This document shows positions 27,991 to 42,248 of a DNA stretch of 64,000 nucleotides, piece after piece. The number at the start of each line of letters is the position of its first letter. The stretch's first letter is position 1. The notes under the pieces were generated by a model that saw nothing but the letters and a program-made list of their open reading frames with translations, searched no databases and was not told the origin of the DNA. Origin of the DNA: Eledone cirrhosa (taxonomy: Eukaryota); contig OZ024762.1 of assembly GCA_964016885.1 (NCBI GenBank), positions 11,904,001 through 11,968,000 of the forward strand, given 5' to 3'. Position numbers and translations under genes: made by a program.

Positions 27991-29440
27991 CATCACCCCA
28001 CATCACAGAGATGCACTGACAGCAGCAGATGTCAGAGGTGCAATAATTACAGGTGAAGTACAGATACAGCTTGGGTTGTGTGTGTATGTGTATGTGTGTG
28101 TTTATGTATGTGTATGTGTGTTTATGTATGTGTATGTGTGTTTATGTATGTGTATGTATGTGTATGTGTACATATGATTGTATGTATTTGTAAGTACGTG
28201 TGCAAGTGTGTATATGTGTACGCAAGTGTAAGTGAAGTGAATTATTTGTGTGTTTGTGTGAGTATATAAACACACACACACACAAACACATCATCTCACC
28301 TTCCCTAGACACACTCACCAGACACCACACAAACACACATACATATCAAGACACCACACACAGAGACAGACTTAGACAAACACAGACAGACATACACACA
28401 AAGAGACAGAGACACACACACACCAATCAGACACACCACACACACACACCAGTCAGACACACCACACACACACACAAAGAGACAGAGACACACACACACA
28501 CCAGTCAGACACCACACACACCAGTCAGACACCACACACACACATATATACAAAGAGACAGAGACACACACACACCAGTCAGACACACCACACACACATA
28601 CAAATAGACAGAGTCACACACACACAGACACACAGACAGAGAGAGAGACAAGACACAGGTAAAATATCAGCCAATCTTCATGTGGCACCAAATTCTTCTG
28701 ATTTAAGGAAGGCAGCCAGGTGTGAAATATTCCTGCAGATCAACCTAGCTGTGAATGGGAGGGAGGGAGGGAGTAATTGTTGGGTGGAAGGGGCAGGAAT
28801 GATGAGGGAAAGGGATAGAAGAGTGAGACAGAGGGAGATGGTGAAGGAAGAGAGAGGGGGGGGGGTCGAGGTGAAAGAATTAATGGAGAGTGAGAGAAAG
28901 AAAGAAGCAGGGAGAGAGGGTTGGGATAGAATGAGAGGAGAGAGGAGTCAGGGGGCGGTCAGGATAGAACAAGAAGGAAGGGGGAGAGAGTGAGAGAAAG
29001 TGAGAGATAGTGAGAGAATAGATAGAGAGGGAGGAGAGATTGAGGGGGATAAAGAGAGGGGAGAGAGATAAGAATGATTGAGGGGGAGAGGGAGATTGAG
29101 AAGGAGGGGGTGTGAAGGGAGGTGGGTCAAGAAAGAGGGAGGGGGAGATGAAGGGAGGGAGAGGGAGAGAGGGGAAGGGAGAGATGGATCAAGGAAGGGG
29201 GGGGGGTGAGATGAAGAGAGGGAGAGATGGATCAAGGAAGAGGGGTGAAGGGAGGCAGAAGGAAAGAGAGATGGATCAAAGAAGAGGAGGGGGGGATGAA
29301 GGAAGGTGGACATCAGGTCAACAGTTCTCAGGTCAAGATGAAGCAGAGCCAAAAGCTTTGTTTTAACATCCTTGTTGTTATTGTATCTTTTTTTGGGGGG
29401 TTTATTTGTTCTGCTTTTATATATTTTGTGGGAGGAAGGG

Positions 29441-29530
<90 letters not shown>

Positions 29531-29560
29531 ATATATATTATATATATGTATGTGTGTATG

Positions 29561-29621
<61 letters not shown>

Positions 29622-29663
29622 GTATGTATATATATATATATATATGTATATATATGTATGTAT

Positions 29664-29753
<90 letters not shown>

Positions 29754-30896
29754 TATATATATATATATATCAAAAATATATATTATATATATATCAAAAA
29801 TATATATAATATATATTAAACATATATATACATATATATATATATATATTTGAAAAAAGGAAAAGAATGACTTCACTTGTAGTTCTAAACAATTCAATTT
29901 TATAATAATATGATTTTACAATTTTGTTTTGTAGATCTAGTTTGATGACATCAATAAAACTGGCCATGTCGAAGGATGATAAATATGCAGACAAGTGGGT
30001 AAATGCCACTAGGCGCAGCTTCTCCCATTCGAGTTAAGTGGAAACCCTAGTTGATGTACTTAAGAAGAACAGTGTGACCGGCATGAAATCATGTCCTCAC
30101 GGGCCTCAACAGTCGCTTTAGTGACCTGAAGGAATCAGAGATGACTTGTTATACCACCATTTGGACATTTCTACTCTCGAACGTGCAACAATGACTTCTC
30201 AAGCAAGGAATCTGTTTTCAGCACCAATGCTTTATTTACTCTTTTCGAGCATGACAGAGGCGAGAAGGGAAAACAACTCATGTCTGCAGTAGTGTTCCAT
30301 GTTATTACCGGTACAGTTTTTGAATATTTTGGTGTCTTAAGAACCATTAGTGTCCACACTAATTGCTGTTATAGATCTCAATGCAAAGAATTGTTTGATA
30401 GTGTGAAGAATTCCACAGCAAGCCACTCGCCCATTAATCCTCATCATCATCTTCTTCATTTAACGTCCATCTTCCATGCTAGCATGGGTTAGACGGGAGT
30501 TGTCCCACTTGAGGCAAGGTAGTCGTGTGCCAAAAATCTCTCTTAACTACAGTTCTGAAATGGCAAGCTCCAATTTGTCCAGCTTAATGAGCAATGCTGC
30601 AGACCCAATAAGTTGTAACTGCACTTTCTCTGGTTTTAGAGTAAGAGCAGTAAGAGAAGACTTGCTTGACGCCCTAAAGAAAAGTGCCATAGTACATTCT
30701 GAAGGGAATGATGGGCCAAGTTTATGTCGAGCATTGGCCAAAATATAGGACAACCTTTACCATGTTGTGTATGAAAAAGATAGGTAGATATGAGCACCAC
30801 AGAGTGGGTAAATAAAGATTTGCAAGTGACCAATTTGAAACTAATAGAAGAAGAAAAAGAAATAGATCTACCAAAACAAAATTGTCATCAGATAAT

Positions 30897-31082
30897 AATT
30901 GTTTATACTTTTGGCACAAGGCCAGCAATTATCCCAGTGCATTACTGGTACTTTATTTTATCGACCCCGTAAGGATGAAAGGTAAAGTTAACCTCGACCG
31001 GATTTGAACTCAGAATGGAAAGGGCCGTAACTCTATGTGTCAAAGCATGGTGTCCGACCCTCTACCGATACTGCCAATCCAC
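30897..31082 (-). mobile_element. SINE, full length
   Basis: Match to the 8035-8578 unit. Confidence 0.85.
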
Positions 31083-31098
31083 TGCCCATCACACATAC

Positions 31099-31133
<35 letters not shown>

Positions 31134-31269
31134 AAAAAAAAAAATATATATATATATATATATGTAAAATAATATTATAAAATTAAACTGTTTAGAACTA
31201 CAAGTGAAGTGATTCATTTCCTTTTTTCAAATATACCCAACTGTACCAAGGATTTCACACATTTTCTAA

Positions 31270-31272
31270 TTT

Positions 31273-31312
<40 letters not shown>

Positions 31313-31384
31313 TGTATGTATGTACATATATATATATAAAATATATGTATGTACATATATATATATATAATATATGTATGTATG

Positions 31385-31424
<40 letters not shown>

Positions 31425-31502
31425 ATATATAAAAAAAAATATATATATATCAAGTATATATATGGACATATATATATATATATATAATATATGTATGTAT
31501 GT

Positions 31503-31537
<35 letters not shown>

Positions 31538-31615
31538 ATATATAAAAAAAAATATATATATATCAAGTATATATACGGACATATATATATATATATAATA
31601 TATGTATGTATGTAC

Positions 31616-31648
<33 letters not shown>

Positions 31649-31723
31649 ATATATAAAAAAAAATATATATATATCAAGTATATATATGGACATATATATA
31701 TATATATAATATATGTATGTATG

Positions 31724-31757
<34 letters not shown>

Positions 31758-31833
31758 ATATATAAAAAAAAATATATATATATCAAGTATATATATGGAC
31801 ATATATATATATATATAATATATGTATGTATGT

Positions 31834-31866
<33 letters not shown>

Positions 31867-31942
31867 ATATATAAAAAAAAATATATATATATCAAGTATA
31901 TATATGGACATATATATATATATATAATATATGTATGTATGT

Positions 31943-31975
<33 letters not shown>

Positions 31976-32016
31976 ATATATAAAAAAAAAAATATATATA
32001 TCAAGTATATATATGG

Positions 32017-32055
<39 letters not shown>
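31270..32055. repeat. Higher-order TA/CA-rich array, ~110-bp unit, 6-7 copies, immediately 3' of the TBC1D22 stop
   Basis: caagtatatatggac recurs about every 110 bp. Confidence 0.85.
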
Positions 32056-32057
<2 letters not shown>

Positions 32058-32111
32058 AAGTTTTCAACAGTCATCTTAGCAGTTTTTTCACAGTCGAGCA
32101 GCAACGCAACA

Positions 32112-32246
32112 TCACGACTTCTGAACTAAATGGTTCGGAGCATCAGCAAACATGTATTTCAACTTAAACGCCTCCGCCAACAACTCACCAATTTGTTCAT
32201 TCTGCCAATGGTGAGTGGGCAGGTTCTGTAGAAACATCAATATACA
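32112..32246 (-). CDS. TBC1D22: TBC1D22 last coding exon, CILMFLQNLPTHHW...MFADAPNHLVQKS*
   Basis: (CT)n-attgcAG acceptor; 44 codons, then TGA (plus-strand tca at 32112-32114). Confidence 0.95.
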   Translation of the reverse strand, partial: CILMFLQNLPTHHWQNEQIGELLAEAFKLKYMFADAPNHLVQKS

Positions 32247-32638
32247 CTGCAATGAGAGAGAGAGAGAGAGATAGTTAGATACTGAGAGAGAGATAGTTAG
32301 ATACTGAGAGAGAGATACATAGATATTGAGAGAGAGAGATACATATATAATTGTTTCTACTTTAGGCACAAGGCCAGCAATTACCCAGTGCATTACTGGT
32401 ACTTTATTTTATCGACCCCGTAAGGATGAAAGGCAAAGTCAACCTCGGCGGGATTTGAACTCAGATCGTAAAGGGACGTAACTCTATGCTGGAAAGCATG
32501 GCGTCCGACCCTCCACCGATACTGCCAATCCACCGCGAGATACATATATAATGAGAGAGAGAGAGAGATAGAAGGAGAGATACATAAATACTGAGAAAAA
32601 GAGATACATAGATAGTGAGAGGGAGAGAGAGAGAGAGA

Positions 32639-32699
<61 letters not shown>

Positions 32700-35600
32700 T
32701 AAACCAAATGTGTGTGTGTGTGTGGAACAAACACAGGCAGACAGACACATAAACAGCATCCAGGTGATAAAATAAATTATAAGTACACACCTGAAAGTCT
32801 TTTTCTCGTTGAATATCACTGGAAAACCGCGTAAGAAACGCAGCACAAAGGTAAAGGTGGAAATCTGCAAAACCATTTATTTCTGCCTGGAAATATATTT
32901 TCAAAAACAGAAATTAATTCTAATAAAATATAATAATAATAATAATAATAATAATGAAATTATTGTGTATAGTGCTCAGGTGCACTAAAATATATTACAT
33001 GCCTGGGTGAAGAAATACAGAGTTATACACAGAGGCAGTTGCAAGGTTTTAACCCTTTAGTTACCGACCCGGCCAAAACCAGCTCTGGTTCTATGAAATA
33101 AAGTCACCCATTTTAAAGGTTTCCAATTTCAATTAAAATCTTCCAACATAATTTTATATAAGAACCCTACATTAAGTTACTATCTTAATAATTAATAATT
33201 TTAGTAAAGAACCTCGAGTGGATCTCAAATCAGTGAATCTTACAACTTGGTTGTTGAAGGACAAAGATGAGTGGAGGGATGCTTTGCTGGAAAGGACCTA
33301 TCCAGCCCATGCAAGCATGGAAGAAGGGGCATAAAACAGTGATGATGATGACAATGATGTTGATATGATTGGCTACAAGAATGGATTACATCGTGGGTAA
33401 ATATGATGAGAATTGTCCAGGGATATTGTCCAGAAATATTGCCCAGGGATGTTGTCCAGAGATATTGTCCAGAAGTATTGTCCAGAGATATTGCCTAGAG
33501 GTATTGTCCAGAGATATTGTCCAGAGGTATTATCAACAGATATTGTCCAGAGGTATTGTCCAGAGGTATTGACCAGAGGTATTGTCCAGCGGTATTGTCC
33601 AGAAGTATTTCCAGAGGTATTATCAACAGATATTACCCAGAGGTATTGCCCAGAGGTATTGTCCAGAAAGGTTCTGCTATCTTACCTGATAGGTGTCCCA
33701 CAAACGTATAGTACAGCGCAAAGGAATTTCTCTCATCAGCAGGTTGTTCATCCATCGGAAGGCAAATTGGAGAAATTCTACATTATGTTTTTCTAAATGT
33801 TTATATAATGGAACTGAAAGACAAAGTAATGTTTTTACTGTCAGTAGTAATAATAATGGTTTCTTCTATAGGCACAAGGCCAGTAATTTGGGGGAGGGGG
33901 AAGTCGATTAAATCAACCCGTAAGGATGAAAGGCAAAGCTAACCTCGGCGGGATTTGAACTCAGAATGGCAAGGGACGTAACTTTATGCTATGAAGCATG
34001 GTGTCCGACGCTCTACCGATTCTACCACTCTGCCAGTAGCAATAATAATAATTGTTTCTATTTTAGGCACAAGGCCAGCAATTACCCAGTGCATTACTGG
34101 TACTTTATTTTATCGACCCCGTAAGGATGAAAGGCAAAGTCAAGCTCGGCGGGATTTGAACTCAGATCGTAAAGGGACGTAACTATGCTGGAAAGCATGG
34201 CGTCCGACCCTCTACCGATACTGCCACAGTAGCAATAATAATAATAATGGTCTGATTGGCACCCCCACACCCCACCCCTCCCACCCCAGCCTCAAAGTTT
34301 GCCCACCCTCCACCCTTCACACCTCACGCTCAAAACTTACTCACACACCACCCCACCCCACCTAAAAACAGTCCCACACACCACCACCCCTCAAAACATC
34401 CCCACATCCCACCCCACCAGCCCCACTCTACTTACCATCTATTCGTTTCACTAACTCTTTCAAAGCGTTCACCTTCATCTGTATGCCAGGTTGAGCAAAG
34501 GTATAGTTATCCTGTATACCATCCAGTAACCTAGTGGTGCACCAAAAGCTGTCGGCCTCGATTATATTTAATGTGTCTGCCGATAATTTACTTAAGTCAC
34601 AGTTCTCCACTTCGACATCTGAACAGAAATAAATAAAGAATGGACAGAATGCATTAAAATCCCTATAGTGGTAGTGTTGGTGCCATGATAAAATACACCC
34701 AGTACACTCTGTAAAGTGGTAGTGTTGGTGGTGCCATGATAAAATACACCCAGTACACTCTGTAAAGTGGTAGTGTTGGTGCCATGATAAAATACACTCA
34801 GTACACTCTGTAATGTGGTAGTGTTGGTGGCATGATAAAATACACCCAGTACACTCTGTAAAGTGGTAGTGTTGGTGGTGCCATGATAAAATACACTCAG
34901 TACACTCTGTAATATGGTAGTGTTGGTGCCATGATAAAATACACCCAGTACACTCTGTAAAGTGGTAGTGTTGGTGCCATGATAAAATACACCCAGTACA
35001 CTCTGTAATATGGTAGTGTTGGTTCCATGATAAAATACACCCAGTACACTCTGTAAAGTGGTAGTGTTGGTGCCATGATAAAATACACTCAGTACACTCT
35101 GTAAAGTGATAGTGTTGGTGCCATGATAAAATACACTCAGTATACTCTAAAGTGATATTGCTGATGTCACGATATAATACAAAACAAGAAGTGTACCTGT
35201 AATTCAAAGGAACAGCCTTGTCAAACACTGTGGCATGCTGAATCTCCATGTGAACAACATTAAAGGTGTCTATGGAATGCTCAGCCACTTACACATTAAT
35301 TCCCTGAGCAGGCTGTTCAGTTAATCAAACAACTGGAACACACTCCTCTTTGTAATTGGTGGAGATCCAAATTATTCCATCCCCGCAGAAGTTACTGTCC
35401 CCCAACATCAGTGAAGATATAATCAATAATACATACCATTACTAATATACTCGGAGAGATAGACCACAAAAAATGGGGTTACAAGGTCGTTTATTCCTTG
35501 GACATAGCCACTGGCTGGATGGCGGATGGCCCATATATACAAGATTCTTTCAAATATCTGAAACAAAGAAACAAAATACAAATATAAATATATATGTTGT

Positions 35601-38600
35601 ATGTATATATATATCTATTTAAGGCTGTATACAGCTATGGTGCGACCACACTTAGAATTTGCATTTGCATTTGCATCACCAGTCTGGAACCCCTATCTTG
35701 CTCAGAACATTGACCGCCTGGAAACTGTTCAGAGACGTGCAACCAAGCGAATACCCTCCATCAGGCATCTACCATACTCTGAGCGCCTTGCTTCCCTGGG
35801 CATGGATTCATTGAAGCTCCGACGCCTGGCAACTGACTTGGTAAACACCCACAAAATTGTTAACCATGTTGCCAACAACCCTGAGTACCTTTTTGATTTC
35901 CATGTGTCTAACACACGTGGACATGCCCACAAAGTAAGAAAACAGCACAGTTCCCATGACTTTCGGAAACATTTTTTCACGCTCAGAGTTGCTGAAGCAT
36001 GGAACAAACTACCTGCATCAGTTGTTAGCTGTCGAGACACTGCATCCTTTAAGGCCTCCATGCTTCCCGAGATCCACCAACACTACAGCTAACACATACA
36101 AACATGTACTTCCCTGGCATTTGTGTATTATTCTATGTACTATATTGACGAGTTGTAGTGCACCTGAGCACTTTACACAATAATTTCATTATTATATATA
36201 TATATATATCGACAGTCGATTGACTTTCGTCAAATCAAACCAAAGAAACAATGCTTCCATTGGTCTTTCCAATTGCTAATACTATCTATCAGTCGCAACT
36301 CCAGGTAGAAGGAGCAACGTGAAATAAAGTGTCTTGCTCAAGGACATAACGCATCGCCCGGTCCAGGAATCGAACTCACAACCTCACGATTGCAAATCTA
36401 ATTATCTAACCAGTCAGCCACGCACCTTCACATTATATATATATATATATATATATAGAGATATGTCCCAAGGCTCTGATACCATCAACACTATAAACAC
36501 AGAGCTGGCATATCTAAGAACTGACTAACTGCCTGTTGAGGTCATAGCCATTCAATGGCTATCATCAAAATATATATAGCAGTAAATAAAGGATTATGAG
36601 TTCATGCAATTGACTTATGTTTCATCACTATATATATATATTATATTTAAAGGTTAAACAAGGTTCAATGAATAAATAAAAGAATGAGTTTTACAATTGT
36701 CATATCTAATTCACTACCATGACTGAATCTTAAACATCTACTATGTCAGGGTATGTCATGCATCATCTTATTTTATCTGATGAGGACGTACTGTTGAAGT
36801 TAGCTCAGTACCTCTGAAATATGTATAATAAAATATACTTGATCACACGAATGTCTATTTTTGTTAATATTTTGAATTAATATATATATATATAAGGAAA
36901 ATAAATTGAAAATGCAACTGGAGTCTTTTTTAAAATATTTATTTCTTTACTTTACCGGTTTCCATCTCGGTTTTACTTTGGATAATCATAAGAACTGTGA
37001 AACCGGTAAAGTAAATAAATAAATATTCTTAAAAAGACTCCAGTTGCATTTTCAATTTATTTTCCTTATAGTTTTACCTGTGTGGGACATTTTAAAAAAA
37101 TGTTACTTTCTTATTTATATATATACATATATATATATATATATTATATTATATGTTCATACAGGGAACAAAGGCTCTACCAAAGGTTTCAAAGCCCAAA
37201 TTTGACCATATCTCCAGAAAATAAGAGGTATCAAAATAGTGACCTCTCTTCAGGCTGCTAATATGAGTTTATTATCAGTACATATATATAAACCTGGATG
37301 GAATCAGTTTGAAACTGGTTAGACCATTACTCAATAGAGTACTCAATACTTGGAGTAGTAGAGTCTGGCTATATTATAAAGAGTCAGGACTCGACGGCTG
37401 AGATCTTGTTTCAACAGCTAGTTCCAAACCCAACCCAAACCAAGGATTAAAATGCTTAGCAACAGGGTAGACACCCAAACAAGGATGCTGTAAACCATCA
37501 AACCATGCAGTTGTTGAAAAGAAACAAAAAAAAACAAAAAAAAAATCCATGCACCCCCCACCCCCACATCAGACTTTGAACAAAATAATGTCTGAAATTT
37601 TAACAAGATATAACTCTTAGTTTCGCACTAATTCTATTCCAATCCATTTTACATCTTTCCATTCCATTCCATTCCAGTTGAACCAAAAGCCATCAGAAAA
37701 TAATTTTTTTTAAATTTATTAGAATTTTTAAATTCTATTTTTAGTTTTATTTTTGGTGGGGGTTTGTGGTGAAACCAAGCAGTGGATTAAGTCTACCACC
37801 CAAGTTTATCATCCAGGTGGACCACCCAAGTCTACCACCCAAGTGGACCACAGTGGGAAGAACCACAACAAATACCAAAATATATTTTCTCCAATGCTCT
37901 AACAATATCACCAATCTTCTGCCCTGGGCTGGGACTTTCTTTTATTGACCCACCAAAAGTGACAAAAGGTTGCAGTTGACCTCGGTGGGATTTCAATAGT
38001 ATATATAGAATAATGTAAATGTTAAAGTGCTAATGTACCTGAAAAAGGAAAAGTTGGTTTCAGTGGAATTTGAAACGAGAAGGCAACGAGCCAGATCATA
38101 TAACGCAGCAAAGCTTCCCATCTGACACTTGAACAATTCCACAAACCCACCACAACCCAGTACTTTACTGTTGAGTCATTTAATTCAACCCTGAAAAGGA
38201 CGAAAATCAAAGTTGATCTCGGCAGGATTTGAACTCAGAGCTCAGTAAACTGGAACAAATAACTGAGGCATCTGTTCCGATACCAATCAGGATCCTGGAA
38301 CAAATGACAAGATTCCAGACCTCATTTGCTTACCGAGTGAGGTAGAACTCGTCAGATTGGACCAAGGAATCAATGTTTCCATTGGTCATTTTAATTGCTG
38401 ATACTATCTACTGGTCACAACTCCGATGCCAATTTGCAGTCTAAATAAAAGTACATGTAAAATTGGTTGACAGTTTAAAATAATTCGAGTTGATAAAATA
38501 GATTGAAGACAAGGTGAATAATGTTGGCTAAAACCCCCAAAATTAGCAGCATTGAAACAGGAAGTAGTTTAGGAAGCGAAGTGAATAGAAAGCACATCAA

Positions 38601-41600
38601 GTTAGATTTTTTTTAAATAATCATTTCTTACATAGGCACATCATCATCATTTAATAATTTAGCATTTGAACCGGCTATATCCAGTCAGAATTCCCTCAAC
38701 TCTTTCTGTTCAAACCAGCCATAACTGGCCACTCATATTTATGTTAAGGTATTGTTCTCAAAATAAATAAAATCAAAATCTCATAGATTCAATATTATGT
38801 GAGATAAAGCCTTTACTGTGAAAATACAATAGTATATATAGAGTAATGTAAAGCCTTTACTGTGAAAATACAATAGTATATATAGAGTAATGTAAAGCCT
38901 TTACTGTGAAAATACAATAGTATATATAGAGTAATGTAAAGCCTTTACTGTGAAAATACAATAGTATATATAGAGTAATGTAAAGCCTTTACTGTGAAAA
39001 TATAATAGTATATATAGAGTAATGTGAATGCTAAAGGGTTTAATGTTCAATTTTCCATGTTAGCAAGTGTTGGACAGGTTGTCACTGACTAAGTAAGTAC
39101 TTAATATGAGTTACTGACCTCTCAAATGGGCCTGAGACAGGATTGATGCTTATATACATTCCAGTACTCAGTTCTCAAATTTCATTGAAGAGTACAAACA
39201 ATTCTATAGCCCTCTACCCCAGTATATGACTGGCTACACCAGTGGCACATCTACAGTGGCACCCCGAGACTGGCTGTACCAGTGGCACATGTATTGTGGT
39301 ACCCCAAAAACTGGCTGCACCAGTGGCACCCCAAGACTGACTGCACCAATTGCGTGATTATGATGATGGTGATGATGGCGATGATGCGGCCCAACAGATT
39401 GAGCTGAAAAATCAATGTTTTGTGTAATTTCAATTTTGGTCAGTGTCTTCTTCCAATAAAGATTCCTATTTACACTAGTGACTGTCAATAAAAAAAAAAA
39501 TTTAAAAATGGAAGAAACATTTTTTATTTATTTCCTGGTGTTAAAATTTTCATCACCCTGTCACCAACCTTGTCACTGACACCAACCTTGTCACAACATA
39601 GTTTTACTGTAACTAAATATAAAGTGATGTTAACAGTTTCCATGATTTTTGAATTTTTAAATTGACCCATCCATGAACTAATTGCTTTAGTTTCAATTGC
39701 ACAAGTCTCAGATCAAGTCACTTGCCAGACATGTACAACTGTAGCTAAAATGACTCTTCCATGATATAGTTACTTTAGTTTCAACACAGTCTCAGATCAA
39801 GTCACTTGCCAGACATGTACAACTGTAGCTAAAATGACTCTTCCATGATATAGTTACTTTAGTTTCAACAGAGTCTCAGATCAAGTCACTTGCCAGACAT
39901 GTACAACTGTAGCTAAAATGACTCTTCCATGATATAGTTACTTTAGTTTCAACACAGTCTCAGATCAAGTCATTTGCCAGACATGTACAATTGCCAAATA
40001 AAAGAGGGAGAGAAAGGGGGTAGATAAATAAAGGGACTGGTGAAGATCTTCATCAATTTTCAGAGTTGCAGAGCTGGACATGATGGGTGGAAAGGAAGGA
40101 TGAATTGAAAGGGTGAATTTAACAATCCATCATGAAATGAAACAATTGTTTAAAACAACAAAACAATGACAACAACAATGAGAGAAAGAGAGAAAGGGGT
40201 GTTGATGGCTGCAAAGTGGACTAACAGATACTCACTTCCTGCACGGCATTCTGCTGGAACAAGTGTGCAACAGAAGTCATTCGAGGGATATCTTTAAGAA
40301 TCTGCAAGAACAGGGAGCAGTTGTTTTTGAAGAACACAGCAGCAATCTATGTACTAACCCTCAAAAGAAGAGCTACAGTGCTAGAGTCAGTGAGGAAGAG
40401 GAAAGTCAACATGTATCAGACAAACCAGATTAGAACAAAACTATACTTTCAAGTTGTTGTTGTTGTTGTTAGGTGGAAGAATGCAGCATTTTTTAAGGTT
40501 TTCTTACTATTTTTATATTTTTCATCTAAGGATCATTTAAAAAAATATTTTGCATTCATTTCGCAATTTGACACTAAAAGGGGTTAAAATTGAAAGAAAA
40601 AGAAAAGAGCCAATTGTGGTGTTGGACCAAGGAAACAATGCTCCCCTTGGTCTTCCAATTGACGATACTATCTGCTGGTTACAACTCCTAGCAGAAGAAA
40701 TGAGGGGATTGTGGTATTGGACCAAGGAAACAATGCTCCCCTTGGTCTTCCAATTGACGATACTATCTGCTGGTTACAACTCCTAGCAGAAGAAATGAGG
40801 GGATTGTGGTATTGGACCAAGGAAACAATGCAACCTTTGGTCTTTCCATTGACGATACTATCTTCATGTCATAAATTCTGGCAGAAGAAAGGAGAGGATT
40901 AGCAGATTGGACCAAGGAAACAATGTTCCCATTGATCTTTCTATTGACAATACTATCTGCTGGTGACAATTGCTGGTAGAAGGAGGTGGGATTTGAACTC
41001 AGAACACGCACAGAGAGATCAGATACTGCAAAGCATTCGTCTTGTCTGATTCTTTAACAGTTCTGCTGATCTATCCCCCCCTTTTGGGTGGGTACGTTAT
41101 CAACCTCAATAAAAGTATGAAAGGAAAAGTTGACCTCAACCGGTTTTGCAAAATAAAAAAAAAAAAGATGGGGGTGGGGTGGTAATTCATTTTTAATCAT
41201 AAATTGATCCAAAGTTTAGACAAAAGCTATATCTGGCTTCTCAAAAATGTTAACTTTCCTCTTGAATTCTGAAAATAAAAACATATACATACGTATATAT
41301 ACATTATTTATATGTACATATATAGATATATATAGATTAGTTATAAAGTGAGAACAACAAAGATTAATAAAACCCAACAAAAACACCAAAATACACCAAA
41401 CATTGTACAGCCACATTAATAAATAGCATATGAACTAGCAAGGGAAGGGGTCCTTAAGACATTCCAAGGTGCAGCATGCTAGAAAGGAACCAAAGGACAC
41501 AGCGCAAAAGATATTATCGAGCAGATATAGTTTGGCCAGTCGAGCAACAGAATGCAGCAATTTGTTTCTTTTACTTCTACCAAGTTCTACCAAATTCCAC

Positions 41601-42183
41601 CTGAGCAGCATTCATGCACAACTGAGATTTCCAATGACTAAAAACTATAAGAAAAGTTGTCTTTTTGTTTGTTACTATTAGTCATGGAGGGAGGGACAGT
41701 GCCCTGTTCACAGCCTCCAAAACAGGTGGGAGAGAAGGAGGCAAGCATCCTTAAACTGAAGACATGAGCAGAAGGCCTGCAACAAAAGAGTGGATTCTAG
41801 TAAATACACACGAGAGCCGGGTGTTGGAGTTAAACTCATCATTTGAGTAAGTCTAACACAAGAGGACGACAAAGCAGGATTGGGAAATGTGTGTGTAGTG
41901 TGTGTGTGTGTGTTTGTGTTTGTAAATGTGTGTGTACATATGTAGTGTGTGATATAAGTAACAAGTTCCAATTTTAAGTATTTAAGCTACAAACGTCCTG
42001 GAAATTCAAACTTGTTTTGTCAAGATTTAGACAATATACACCACCACCACCATCACCATCACCATCATTTGCTGGCATGGGTTAGACAGGACTTTTTGAA
42101 GTAATGTTGTACTATAACTCTTTTAGTTGTTTCTTATGACACACAAGGATACAATGTAACTGCTCTAAATCAGACACACAAGC

Positions 42184-42248
<65 letters not shown>

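Noticed and set aside
34428-35288. 286-aa ORF with CxxC/His repeats fused to TBC sequence, resembling a metal-binding repeat protein
   Set aside because: It is an intronic 48-bp minisatellite that happens to be in frame with the real exon; a proper acceptor lies at 34619-34620
35601-36092. 163-aa ORF as a nested host gene
   Set aside because: It is the C-terminal part of a CR1/L2-group ORF2, 5'-truncated at a TA run
40620-40985. Regularly spaced repeats resembling a CRISPR array (also 21720-22165 and 4655-4990)
   Set aside because: The whole unit repeats with no unique spacers, there are no cas genes, and the context is eukaryotic
41216-41270. Strong acceptor (ttttattttcAG) between exons A and B as a third alternative exon
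   Set aside because: The phase-0 frame reads NSRGKLTFLRSQI* with no DxxR similarity and no donor at 66 nt; it cannot be supported without RNA data
41698-41712. 8-nt element complementary to both exon A and exon B's pyrimidine tract, as a possible docking site
   Set aside because: Too short to distinguish from chance, and it would form a pseudoknot with the longer duplex
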